Shown piece after piece: positions 36,243 to 48,950 of a DNA stretch of 64,000 bases. Numbering within the stretch: the first letter of the stretch is position 1; each line of letters starts with the position of its first letter. The DNA lies in contig CM052817.1 of the NCBI GenBank assembly GCA_028534125.1, forward strand, positions 11,968,001-12,032,000. The letters run 5' to 3'. A model generated the notes under the pieces. The model was not told the DNA's origin. It ran no database searches and saw only the letters and a list, made by a program, of their open reading frames with translations. This stretch comes from Lama glama. Taxonomy: Eukaryota. Both the position numbers and the translations under genes were made by a program.

Positions 36243-39200
36243 TTCCCATTTCAAAGGAAGCCATTTTTTCCCCCTTCTTCCAAAATAAGAGCCTCCAACA
36301 AACAGAATTTGAAATGTGTTTATTTGTAGGGCTATAAATATGGCTCATCTGATCCAGTTTTCCACTGGGTTCCATATTTTTCAGTGATTTGCAACCAGTT
36401 TGTTTTAAAAGCCAGATTGAAGAAGTTATTTGATATGCAGCCACATTCTTTCCAAATAATCACAGTTAATCCCTATTTCTTCTTTTTAATCAGACATTGC
36501 ATGTCCACAGTGTTATTAACTGAAAAAAAAATTATGGAACCATTCATTAAGTAGTGTGTGATTTTTGAGCACAATTCCACAGAGCTCTAAGCAAGTGTAA
36601 GTGTGGACGTCTCTGGAATTTCTTTACTGTTTCAGAAAGCCAAAGCAACACCTGCTAAATTTCATTAGATTCCTGACAGGGCACTCACTGCTGTTTAAAA
36701 ACCATTTCTACCCTGGCCAGTTGTGACTGCCTGAGACCAAATATTGTAAAGGTAAATTAAACTGAATTTTCAGACAAGTAAAAGTGCTTTCATCAACTAC
36801 ATAAATATCTGTGGCTAATCTTTGAATAACAAATGGCATGCATAAAAATGATGTTATTTTTATTATTACCAGTTATCATGATTATTATTGTTGCTGACTT
36901 TTTTATTTCTAAAATCTTCAGAGGCGTGTTTTCCAAGAAACTTAACAATCAAGAAACAGTAATGCATTTCTTCCAAATGTAACATAGCAGACCCAATAGG
37001 TTTCAACCAAAAGAAATTTTTTTCCCCTTGCAAAGTTCATACTGAGTCATGCTTTATTAAAGAGAAAAAGGAATTATCCAGACATCTCTGAAAATTGCAG
37101 ATTTGCTCATTCCCGGCATTCATCAGAAATTGCCAGCCTTTGTAGCTGAAACAAATGAAAATTATCCCAAAGCAGAGTTATCTGAAGCATATATAACCCT
37201 TTCGTTTTATTTGTAAAACAACACAGCACACTAAAAAGAATCCTTTCGAACGTAAAGTGAAGTGATATCTCATGTGGTTTTCCAGGTAAAATATGAAACA
37301 AATGCTCAAAAGAGCTACCTCTCTCCATGTGAAATAACAACTACAACAAAACTGGCTTATTCTTGAAATTTCCCCGCTTGTGATGGACAATAGGGCTTTA
37401 AAATCCCTCTGCAGCCTCTGGGCAGTGTTTAGGCACAAAGTATTTTCATATATCATGAGATCTCTGTCTTCCTGCCTAATCCCACTGTATCATAATGCCT
37501 CACAGCACAATGGAGATGCATGCATGCCTAATTTCCATAAATTACACAGCCCTACGTTTTCATAAAGACAAATTCCAATTGTAAACTATTAAACCTAATT
37601 CAGCATCCTTTGATGTCTCTGAGAAAAACTGGGGGGGAAGTTGAAGCATTCCCACGTGGGCGTGTGTTCTCTGGGGCAGGTGAAGGACAGAAAGGAGGTA
37701 ATATTTTGCCCTTTATATCTCTTCATTAATTTAAAATGTGTTCTTCTGAAGTTGAATTTAGTCCCTTTAGAGAAAATCTTCTTAAAAACCCTAAATGCTG
37801 AGGACAACCTAAGGCCTAACACTTCTCCCAAAAGCTCTAAATCCAAATCAAAGGAAGGTCTGTTTCTCTGAGCCTCTGATTTGGCTTCTTCTGTAAGGTG
37901 GAAGCCGAGTCTTCGCTGCCACCAAATGATAGTTGTGCTCTTTGGATTATTTAAAGTTAACTTCTCCCCTTCATTTCTAAATTCTCTCCTTCCAAACTCT
38001 CACGTGAGGAGAGCAAACACCATGCAGGCCTCTCTATTCAGGCACCATCATTTCATCATTTAGTTGTGGAATTCCCTCCACAGGTTTTGTTCTCAGCATC
38101 CTGTTGACATAATTTAACATACAGGTTATAAAGAATTCCGTGAACCTTCTCCCTTCCTGTTTACTTTCACTCCTCAATGGAGTCTAGTGCTCAGGAGCCG
38201 GCTCTTTTAAACCTGCAAGCCGGATCACCTCCCCCTGAAGCAGGAAAGGTGTGAAAAGCAAACAGAGGGGAGCAAATACAGTGGCTTTTCAACAGTTCCT
38301 CAGTGCTGGCTGTAGTCTGAGAGGTGATTCAGGGAGTGAGAATTCTGAGCAGGAGGCAGGATGGGGACCACGGGTACATTTCTGGGTCCTGCTGAGTTAG
38401 CCCTTCACAGGGTGGCTTTGTTATGAGGCGTAAAGTGTTATGAATTCCTGGAACCCCACGCACACCAGGATGCAAATGTAAGCATGTGTAGACAGAGAGA
38501 AAGCTCGCAGGCTCAGGGCCGCTAACTAGAACCAGCGAGCTGGAAGGTTCCTTGGCCCTGTAGCTACGCCTAATGGGATAATCCATGCACACCTCTGGGA
38601 AGAGGATCTTCCCCAGCTCTGTTTGTAAATGCTGGCTGGAAACCCTGGGGCCAGGCCAGAAATCTCCATGTGGGTAATCTCAGGTCCAAATGAGTCAAAA
38701 TGTCATAACAGAGAAACAGTGCTGTAAGGCCCCTTAACAGCAAGCTGAACTTTTGTAAGCGCAGCACAAAGCAGCTGTTGATGGCCCGGGCTTGTGGAAC
38801 GTGCTGGGCGTGAGCCTGAGGCGTTGGTGGGTGGGATGGATGTGCGTCTGCTGCGAGGTGGCACTTCGAGGCAGGCAGAGAGAGACCAGGAAGGTCAGGG
38901 ACTGTTTTACATGCACGGCTGACGGTGAAGGGACACGATTAAGGATAAAGTTGGGCAATCTTCAGTTACCTGGTGCACCGTGAAGATTTCCTTAAATCCG
39001 TTTTAACAAGCTAGCAGCCAAAACGCTGGCATCCGGACCAAGAACGGACAAGGCTGACTCAGAGGCGAGCTTGGTGTCTGGACATTCGAATACAAACTTA
39101 AACAGACTAAGATTTTATCAATTCAGTTCACCTCTTTCTTTGTAAAATAATTTTTGTAAGGAAATTAAGTCTTACGTGACATTTTAAAAAATTATCAAAA

Positions 39201-39329
39201 TCAAGTAAAAACTGGAAGGCTTATGTATATTCTACCTGAATAAAATGGAAACTTTAATGAAGGTTAATTCAGTGACTTTCAACCCAAATTCCAATTTTTG
39301 TTTTCATAATTAACAGCTCTGGACTTAAA

Positions 39330-40490
39330 ACTCAGAGTTATAGCAAGTGTATATTTTAATCTTATGTGATTATAGCATTCTTAAAATTACAGGTATATAC
39401 ATATTTATATATTATTTTTATTTCTGTTATATTTATAATACTTTGCAAAGTATTTTCTCATATGCTTTAAGTGTACAGACTTTAACAATAATTGTTTAGA
39501 CTTACTCCACATTTAATTTTATTTCTTGCTACTAGTTGTTAGTAATACCGTCATGCCACCGTATCTTCATGTCTGTATTTTTATTCATTTTTAAGCCAAC
39601 TGTCCTGAATATTTGAATATATTTTCCATGAGGGGTATGGGAATAAAAAATATACTTTCTAAATTCACGTATGAAGTTGTGTCTCTGTTTTTGTCAAACC
39701 AGGACAACAATATGCCCTGTTGTAGGTCAAAAGTGTGTCTTCTTACAACACTGAAATTTCATTTATTCAACATGTATCTTGAGCCCCTGTTCTCTGCCTG
39801 TATCTCCTGGGTGCTGCGGACAAGATTAGTTGTCGAAGTTTTTAAACTTTCATTTGTTTGAGGTTAAAAGACATCGTTTATTTCCTTTCTCCCTCCATCA
39901 CTTCTTTCTTTTCCTTCCTATTTTGAGTAGATGGAAACAGGTATTTTTCTCTTTGATTTTTGAAATTGAAAAATGTTATTGGGTATCTATCTGAGAACGT
40001 GTCTCTTTTTACTAATTTTTCCTGATTGTTGGAGGACCTTTCAAAATGTGAAGTATTATGTTAACCATTAAGCCCTCGCGTCTTCAAGTTTTATTTTAAT
40101 CTTTTCTTTCACTGTTCTCTCTTTATCTTTGTATCCTGACACCTGGGGCCACTGTAGGCCAGTTCTCTTCTCCACTGATTTGCTCTTCTATTGCATTCAG
40201 TTACTATCTGCATTGCAATGTTTAATTCAGCAGTTATCTGTGTGATCCCTGAGTATTCTTTCCCGATCTTAGATCATGCTCTTTTCAGGACCGCCTAACC
40301 TACTTGTTTTGTGATGTATGTCTTCTCTAATTTGTTAAGAACAAAACCTGAGTGATATTTTCAAAAATATCATTTCTTGCAGCAAATCTGTTCCACTGAA
40401 ATGTTTTTGCACCTTCCTCAGACTGTTCTCTTTCTTTTGAACCGTCTTGGCTTTCTTGTGTCTGAACACGTCTCTCTTTCTGTTCATCTT
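39330..40490 (-). mobile_element. Very old L1ME/HAL1 fragments
   Basis: ttgaaaaatgttattgggtat...atttgctcttctattgcattcagttactat; T-rich antisense-L1 composition. Confidence 0.5.
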
Positions 40491-41029
40491 TAAAAAGGAA
40501 GAGCTCTGCTGGTTTTGTGTAGACCGTGTAGGTTGAAGTGAGCTCTGTCAGTAAGCTTTCCTGATTGATTCTTACAGAGCAAAATGAAAGGACAAAAGAA
40601 AAGTTTTAATTTACTCTACATGCGCTTTGCCATTTCTGATCCCCAGCAGTGAGGAATAGGTGAATGGGGGGAATTAGAAAGGGAGCTAAAGTCAAAACTT
40701 TCTCTGGGCTGAGTAACTGCTTTGTCTTGTTGTTGAGACTCCCAGGGGACTTCTAGATAGTTCTGTTTTCCTGACACTCACAGATGCTACTGTGGACTTC
40801 CTGCTCTCAGTGTCCTACGGCATCGGAAGTGCCTCATCTTTAGCAGGGGTCCTTGAGAGTTATGCAACCCATCCCACCTTCTCTCCTAGACTTTTCTATT
40901 TTGGTAGGCATGGTTTTATCAAGTTCTCTTCCATTTTTATTCCCCCAGAAAATAATGCTTTGCCTTCATATAAAAGGAACTTCTATCAGCTTTCAATATT
41001 AATTTGATTTTGTACAAACTATACTACAG

Positions 41030-41485
41030 CACAGACTGTTAGCCCTTCCCCTAGTACATCTCTCATTTTCTTCTATAGAATTAGATATTTTAGCAAGTCA
41101 CATGGCTGACCGGTTAAAGACGACATGACCAGCCTCCCTTCCAGTTGGTTTTGATCAAATGATTGGAGGGGGAGTTGATGTGGTACCTATGGAGTCATGC
41201 CTTTAAAAGAAAAGGAGGGTACATAGTCCCCGTTCCCCCCTTTCTTGATCAGTGGGATGTACATGTGATGGAAGGAGCCAGAGCAGTCACCTTAGACATG
41301 AGATGGGAGCTACCTATTACGACAGCAGAACAAGGAGACTGAATAAGCCTGCGTTCCAGCAACCTGCCACTGTGTGTGGCCCCTGGGATGCCTACCATCC
41401 CCGTGGACTACTCCGCGAGTGAGAAATAAGCCTCTCCCTTGTTGAAATGCTGTTATATTTGTCTTTATCACAGCTAATAGAAATC
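41030..41485 (+). mobile_element. MaLR LTR, MLT1J-like
   Basis: cacatggctgacc..taaagac..ccagcctccctt...tgtgatggaaggagccagagcagtcaccttagac...gagtgagaaataagc. Confidence 0.8.
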
Positions 41486-41925
41486 TCTGTGCGTGATATC
41501 CTGCCCTGGTTTCCAGGAGAGGGTAAGTTTCCTTATTTCCTTATTATATCAGCCATTTTCAGGGAATCTCCCATTCCTGAGATGATTTCAAAGACTGGTA
41601 GAATTCTGTGTTAAGACCACGTCGCTTTACCTGTGGTTGGTTTCGTCCCTACTCCCTGCTTTGTGCCAAACTACCACAGCAGTGCTGTTATTCGTTGATG
41701 AAACACGTCATTTAGAACCTGCTGTATCCAGGCTCCACTAAGCACTAGGGATGCTTCAGGATTTCACCATTTAGTAGAGAGAGAGAGAGGTGTCTCCTTC
41801 AATTACTTTCCCATTTAGTAGGAAGAGATATTAGTGAAAACAAATAAGTACACTAAAGCCTATGGGGAGGGTTGCACAGGGGACAGTGAGAGCACAGGGG
41901 AGGGAGGAGTAGTTGAGCTTTGACC

Positions 41926-42421
41926 TGTTGAGTGGAATCAATGCACAGCCTAAAAGCTGAGTTAGGTTTTATTTGGCGGACATTTCTGAGGACTCGAACC
42001 CCTTTCAGCCCGGGGTGACAGCCTCTCAGATGGCTCTGAGGGACTGCTCCGAAGAGGCAGGGGAGGAGCCAGGATATATAGGAGCTTTATGACAAAGACC
42101 AGGTAGTTGGAACAATAGAAGATTACTTGTTAACTAAAGAAAACCAGGCATCTCAAGTTCAAGAATGTAGTGCTTTTCTATGTCTGGGAGGGAGCAAACA
42201 TTCGGGCTCATTGTATTCATTCCTTTGACAAGTATCTAGCTACCTAGGGCCAGTATCCTGTCCTTTCTTATTCTGAGTCCCCTTGGAGTGCACCATGGTG
42301 AGTGGCTGCGGAGACCAGGCTGCAGGCTAGTATTCACTGGGGGGTGGCGGCAGCCGCTCAGGGCTTGCTGGTTTCTGCATTCTTTGTTTACTGATATAGT
42401 TTGCAGTATTTTTCATTCACA
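41926..42421 (-). mobile_element. Young ERV1 solo LTR (MER41-like artiodactyl type)
   Basis: TG...CA termini, perfect 4-bp TSD gacc (41922-25 / 42422-25); minus-strand TATA (cctatatatcc) and AATAAA. Confidence 0.9.
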
Positions 42422-42804
42422 GACCCGGTGGGGCCCCTGTGGCTCTTATTTATATGCTTTTAAGAAGTTCACACCCCTTGAATATTTTATTTCCCTGAGA
42501 CTCTCAGTCCTGTAGGCTGAATTTTTTCCCTCTCTTTCTTCTGAGGAATAAGTGATTAAAAGGCAGTTAGTTAATCAGCTTGAGATAATTGTTCATTAAG
42601 TTGTAAACACTAGTCATATTGAGAAGTGACTTTAACTAGCTTTACAACTTGGGTAATACCTAAGTGCTAGCACACAGGACTGAACTACAGCAGCAGGTTT
42701 CCTTGTTGTAAATTTTGCTCTCAGTTGTATACTTAGGATAAGACATAGACCTCTGGGTGCTAAGCACAGTATCAGACAAGCAATACAGTCAGTAATCGTT
42801 CACT

Positions 42805-42882
42805 GAGGGAAGGAAGCAAAGAAGGGAGGAAGGAGGAAAAGAAGGAAGGGAGGGGAGAAGGAAGGAGACGGGGAAAGAAGGG
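42805..42882. repeat. GA-rich (GGAA)n-like low complexity
   Basis: gagggaaggaagcaaagaagggaggaaggagg... Confidence 0.85.
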
Positions 42883-43069
42883 TTTGAATGAATGCATTGT
42901 GTCATAGCCTATTTTGTGACTAGATTACAAGAAACCACAACTCCTGTTTCTTGTGCGTGATCTGCCCTGCCAAAAATTGATGCTTATTAAGCATGTCTGG
43001 TGCATTATTTAAACTGCTAGGATCGACGCAAAAATAGAAAGACATAGGTAGCTGTGTCATTTGAGTCGG

Positions 43070-43275
43070 TGGCCAGAGACTTCAGTGAGACTCTTAGTTT
43101 GGCAGTTTACTCGCTGGGTGGTCCTTGGCTTGATACTTTGAACCTCTGTGGCTCTCAACTTCCACATCTGTTGTTTGAGCATCATATGCATCCTGCAATT
43201 GTTTTGTGGCAATGAAATGGGATAGTTATGAAACTACTTAGCAGAGATCCAAGCACATAATACATACTCAATTAA
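43070..43275 (+). mobile_element. MIR SINE
   Basis: ttactcgctgggtggtccttgg...aacctctgtggctctcaacttccacatctg...gcacataatacatactcaatt. Confidence 0.75.
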
Positions 43276-43870
43276 TGTTAATGCAATATGCATTTTAAGA
43301 ATACTCCACTTTCCTTTTTAATTCACATTTTAAATTTGCAAAAAAGTACGTATTTTGAATAATAAATATCCACTTTAATGATACGCATATACTCTCATCG
43401 GTGTTAAGCATCATTCTTATCTCTGTGAAATTATTTTTCCATTACAACTTACCCATTGTAGTATCCCAATATATTTTTATTTTGGAAGTCTTTTATTGAT
43501 CCAGCACCTTTCTCTGATGTAATAAAAGTTTGCAAACAAGTTGGAAATTAAAATAATTTATTAAAATAATTAAAATATCAAGCTCTAAATGTTTTGTAGT
43601 TTCTTCTGGATGAGAGTCACAATTCAAAAATTAATGTGCAATTGATAAAAAAGAAAAGCATTAAAATATTGCTAATATATATTAAATGCAAAAGGTAAAA
43701 ATTTATTAGAAATGCATTTCTTGTTGAGATGGGTGGAGCTGGATTATCAAGGTTTGATTAAGGGACACTTCCCTGAAGTCCCTATTTTGAATTGTCCTTT
43801 TGTTACATACACCAGAGTTTCCCCTCTTTAGAGCAACTCACCACAGTTACATTAGAAATGAGGTCATCTT

Positions 43871-44420
43871 TGTTACTGAACTGTTCGGCTGTTCACCACT
43901 CAAAAGTCAATACTTGAGAGGCCAGGTGTTGGTAGAAAGAAAATTTGCTTTAATCAGAAAGCTAGCAATTTGGGAAGAAGGTGGCCTCATATCCTAGAAA
44001 GAACTCCAAAGATTCTGCTCAGCTATGACATTTTTTAAAAGGAAAAATGAGGGAAGAATCTCAGTGAATCACTGAGGCAGGAGGTTGGACTCCACATCAT
44101 TCTCCATTGGGTGCAGACTGGCTGACTCATTATCTTTCTTAGATGTTATCTTACCCACATGATCTGCCTGCTGGATTGCTAAGGAGGCTTCTGAGGGGTG
44201 GAGAGCTAGTCATTCTTTAACTATTTAATTCTTCATTCTTATTTCTTTTAATCCAGGAAAAGAATCACCAGGTTTGGCAAGGCATGCTGTGCATTCAGGA
44301 GAGCATAAGTCAGGACTTAGGTTAAATTGCCTAGTGATCGCATTTCTATAATTGGGTTCTTCTAGGGTTCGAAGGGAGCAGGAACGGGCAAACAGGAAAG
44401 CGGAAGAAGAGCTGCTTTCA
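43871..44420 (-). mobile_element. Young ERV1 solo LTR (lineage-restricted type)
   Basis: tgttactgaa...gctgctttca termini, perfect 4-bp TSD tctt (43867-70 / 44421-24); minus-strand ATTAAA signal. Confidence 0.88.
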
Positions 44421-45309
44421 TCTTTCAAGGAATTGCAGTTGTGAAACAGGAAGTGAAGGAGATCTTATTAGTCACATTCTTGCACAGTTTCACATTATGA
44501 AATATGACATACGTTGAGGATACGGAAATTGATTCCCTAAAAATTATCTGTGCACATTTAACCTTGAGGTGAAGGCAATTATGATGAGGAAGCAAAGATA
44601 AATAAGACAAATAGGAATTAAAACACAGCACCTTGCTTTTCTGTGTTTTTGTAGCATTTTTAATTCCTTTTCTAAGTATAATATAAACATGCCAATAGAA
44701 ATTTCTACTGTATAGTAACTTTTAATGGACAACTGAGATGCAAACAAGTAACATATAAACCCAAGATTCTCTGATAAATGCTATACTTCATGTGTTACAC
44801 TTTTAAATGTATTTTAGGAATGTATTTGCATTTTAAGCATTTTTCATTATATACTATATATTTGTAAATAGATTTTCTTTTCCAAGATAAACATTTAAAT
44901 CTCCATATTTTTATGTAAGAACAGAATTTTATGATTTTCTTCATTATAATTCAGTTCAAATATATTCCAACTTCCCATGTGATGTATTTGACCCATGAAA
45001 TTTGTACAAATATGTTATTTAATTTCAAAATAATTTGGAGTTCTTTTGGGGCAGCCCTTGGTATCCCTTTGTCTTTTCTCAAACCAGAAAGATGCTATTA
45101 ATATGTAAGTCAGATTACTACATTTTTCAAAGTTTAGACAACATAGATTTTTACAGCTCACCATTATTTTATGTATGTCTAAGGTAGAAAAAAAGATTAC
45201 CATGTAATACAGCATTGATTTCAAGACATGTCTCTATTTCAGTGATGTTTAAATGTGAAAAACAAAACAAAACCTATTCTTTGGAATTGATGAAATATAT
45301 TATTGTCTC

Positions 45310-45745
45310 CTTAGCTCAAAACTCATGATCTTCGACCTCTCAGTAGAATCCATAGGAATTACAACAGCCCACCAGCCCTCAAGTACGCTACCATTTCCCC
45401 TCCCTGCCTCCTTACCTCTCTCCTTATCTCCTGCTACACTCACTTCTTGCTCATATAGCTCTTGTCACTCTAGTGAATCTGAACTTGCTGTCTTCAAAGG
45501 CTCTGGACATACTCTTACTTCAGAACCTTTCAAATATCCTATTTCTTCCCCCAAATGTCAATTTTCTCTTTGCCAAATCACCATGTGGTTTACTCTCTCA
45601 TCTCTCTCAAGTCTTGACTCAACTCTCACCTTCTCAGTGAGCCCTAACCCGCCCCCCGTGTTGAATTTGCTAGCACCCGTTTTCTCTCCTACCTTCCTAA
45701 TCTTCCTTCCTCTTTTCTTTCTCGCCATTGCACTTATCAGAATTG
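45310..45745 (+). mobile_element. L2 fragment
   Basis: gctcaaaactc...tcactctagt...ttgctgtcttcaaa...tcaccttctcagtgag...ccattgcacttatca. Confidence 0.75.
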
Positions 45746-46194
45746 AAGCTATGACAGAAAAACCCTACAGAATATCTCCCAATTAAGATTTTCCTAGTGG
45801 AATACCTCTTGGTTATTAATACCCAGACTCCACAGAGCGTTTCTGAATGCACTATTTTTTTAGCTAGTGTTTGAAAAGAAAACAAAATTTATGCCCACAA
45901 GTCTAAATACAATATTTTTAAACAAAACAATGTGCATGAACAGTCTTGAGTTATATTCCAAATACAACTGGTGGAACATTAAAATTTCAAGAAGTGAGAG
46001 TTGAATGTCCACTAAGGAGATGTACATCATGACACTGCACAGCCAGAAGCCATGATATTTATTAACAACATCATCAATTTTTTTTTGGTGAGCAAAAGCA
46101 GTGCTTTAAGCATTTCACATCCCAATGTAAACATTTGATATTAATATTTAGGTATTTGACTGTATTTTAATTACGTTGGGTGATATTTGTTGGG

Positions 46195-48450
46195 TTTGGG
46201 GGCTGTCAGTTTTGAGTGAGACCTGAAGCAAAAAGGGCACCATACAGGCCTAGCCCAAGAGACAGTCAGCTCTGCTGTTGGGTAATGTGGTCCTGCAGAC
46301 TCTGTGGTGTTGGAATTGCCTGTCCGGGGCAAGGATGCATTGTGGTTTATGGCGAGCTCCAGTGGGAGAATTACAACACAAACTCCTGAGATTCTGAAGT
46401 AAGGCTGTGCTGTCTACCGCAGATGATTACATGTCATTTGAGAAGTAGCTTGTGGTATGTTATTAGGTTCTGGTGGGGATGGATCATTTTACCATTAGGT
46501 ACCAAGTGATCCTACAGCTAGAACTTCTCATTATGACCTCAGTTATGACATACTCATCAAGCCATGAAGATGGACAAGTCCAGCAGTTATCTATCATGAG
46601 ATGGAAATGGTATGTGTGGAATGGAACATTAGAAGGACCAGAGGACATGTGTACACTACATGTCTCCCACCACGGTTGCACCAATGCACCTTCCTAGTCT
46701 TACACCTATGCCCTCAAGGGAGTTCTTAAGAACATTTGAAGGAGAAGAAAAATAGATGGGTTTGGTTTATGAGTGGATTGGCTTGGTACATGGGTGAAGC
46801 TGAAAATAGATGATAAAAACATTACAGCCCCATTGAAAGGTGGAATGGGGAGGGGAAATCTTCCCAGTGGGTGGAGAGGCAAGCAGGGTACCCACTCATC
46901 CACTTGATGTGAAAGGAGTGGTGGCTTGAGGGGAGATAATGTAGAGATTCCTGGGCAGTGGCAAATGACCTGACCTTCTGGCCGGGGGGACGGGAAGACA
47001 AGACTCTTTGGGACAGAGGCATGTGGATGGACATATGAAGATGGACATCAAATGTCTTACTGATGATTGTATCATCAGTTAATGCCTAACAGGAAGTATC
47101 TACTTAGAAAAGGCACTGAAAACTTACATAGACAACATTATTCTAACCATTAAAATTTGGACGCTCAGAACTGGCATGATGAGCACATGACGAGTGGCAT
47201 GGAGGCATGGAGGCTGTGTATGGGCCAGTAACACGGACAACCCACTACTAAGGCTGATCCAGCTATTTTTGTCTCTGAGTGTCCAATATTTTAGCAACAA
47301 AAATGAATACTGAGCCCAAACCCTTACAGGGAACTATTCCTCAAGGAGCACATCTGGCCAGTTGGTTCCAGTTTGACAACATCATGTCCCCTTCATCTTG
47401 GATCAGTCATTCATATATTTCAGGCATAGACTTGCTTTTCTTGCCTGCAGTGTCCTAGTTATGACCACTATCAGGTGCTTATAGAATGCCTGATCCACTG
47501 CCTTGGGATCAATCCCACACAACATAGCATCCAACCAGGGGAACTTTATGGTGAAGGAGGTACTGGAGTGGGCCCATGGCCATTGGGTCCACTGGTCATA
47601 TCATGTACTGCATCATCCAAAAGCGGCTGGCCCCCTAGAACACCAGAATAAGCTTTGATCTGTACAAGTGAAGTACTAGTTCACAGGAAACACTCTGAAA
47701 AGATGGTGTGCTATTCTTTTGGATGTAGTGTATCTATTAAATCAGAAACCTCATATGGCATTAACACAATGTTCATACAAGAACAGATGGATGGGTCCAA
47801 GAACTAAGATGTAGAAGCAGAAGTGGCTGCACTTACCAATATTCCCAATAAGACACTAGGGGATTTTGTCCTTATTGTCTCCTTAACTCTAAGCTCTGCT
47901 GAGTTGGAGTTCTTAGTCTCAAAAGAAACCAACAGTTATAGCAAAGGTCCCACTGAATTACAATTTACAACGGCCGTCAGGGTTCTTTGGATTCTTTGTG
48001 CCCAGACACCATCCGGCAAAAAGAGGTACTGCCATATTATAGGGCAAATTACTCCAATCAGGAGGAAGAGCCAGGGGCTGCTTATACACAGTGGTAGCAG
48101 GCAGGATTACATGAGGAACCCAGGTGATCTACTTGGGTGCTTCCTGGCTCACCCTCGTCCCAGTGTAACTGTGAGTGGTTAGATACAGCAAGCCTGGACT
48201 GAGAAGGCTGTGAGGATCAGGTGTTCCAATTCTTCAGGTATTACGGTTTGGATTCCACCATCAGGATAAGGCACCAAAATGTGCGAAGATGATCGCTGGG
48301 GTGAGGGGAATTTCTAGTGCCTGCTGGAAATGGGAGGAGATGAGTGCCCGCTGTGCTCGGAGCTCAGCTGCTGCCCCAGTAGTTGTGTCCCCCCATTAGA
48401 CTCCTTTTCCTAAGTTCTCACTCAGGCCAGCACCTCCCAGAAGCTGTGAT
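46195..48450 (+). mobile_element. ERVL-class internal relic (RT tether/RNase H, integrase, dUTPase), ERV3-16A3/ERVL-E-like; heavily degenerate
   Basis: QVILQLELLIM..SSSHEDGQVQQLSIMRWKWY; KADPAIFVSECPI (HHCC remnant); IPHNIASNQGNFMVKEVLEWAHGHWVHWSYHVLHHPKAAGPLE (47512-47658); ALTNIPNKTLGDFVLIVSLTLSSAELEFLV (dUTPase lead-in). Confidence 0.92.
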
Positions 48451-48544
48451 GAGAGCTGCTCACTGGAATAGATTACAGTCAGTTCCAGTTTGTCTTGGTC
48501 TTCCTCAAGAGACTTCTTCCAAAAGTTGACGTTTTGCAAGAAGG

Positions 48545-48950
48545 GATAACTAATCGTTACCACCCAATCTGTTATAATCTGTAAATAGAGTGTCCGTGGT
48601 CACAGTAATGTAAACATGTTTAATTACACTGGGAAGTACAGAGTAATAAAAATATGGGAGTGTAGGTGAGAGAGAGAGGGGGTGTGTGTGTATGTGCTGA
48701 AGCTGACAAAGGAAAAGGAAATAGAGCTAAGTCTTATCTTCTGCGGAGAAGGCAACAGATTAGACATCAAACTTAAAAAGCATGTAATGGTGGTAAAAGT
48801 ATGATATGAAAGAGAAGGCAGATAAGAATATTCAGCTCAAAAAATTGAAAGTGATTATTCTGGGGAAAGAAAAATGTAGAATGAGATTCCTCTTTGTTTT
48901 AAAAGAAGTATTCTTTCTTAAATATGTGCATGGCTATTTCTGATTGAAAA
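48545..48950 (+). mobile_element. Old L1ME 3' fragment
   Basis: gtcacagtaatgtaaaca...agagctaagtcttatctt...gaaagtgattattctgggga. Confidence 0.6.

Noticed and set aside
41926..44420. Provirus bounded by two LTRs
   Set aside because: The LTRs differ in sequence, each has its own TSD, and the interval contains MIR/L2 rather than gag-pol.
46210..46470. APOBEC-type Trp-to-stop changes in the ERVL relic
   Set aside because: Mixed TGA/TAG outcomes in a highly diverged element cannot be distinguished from neutral decay.
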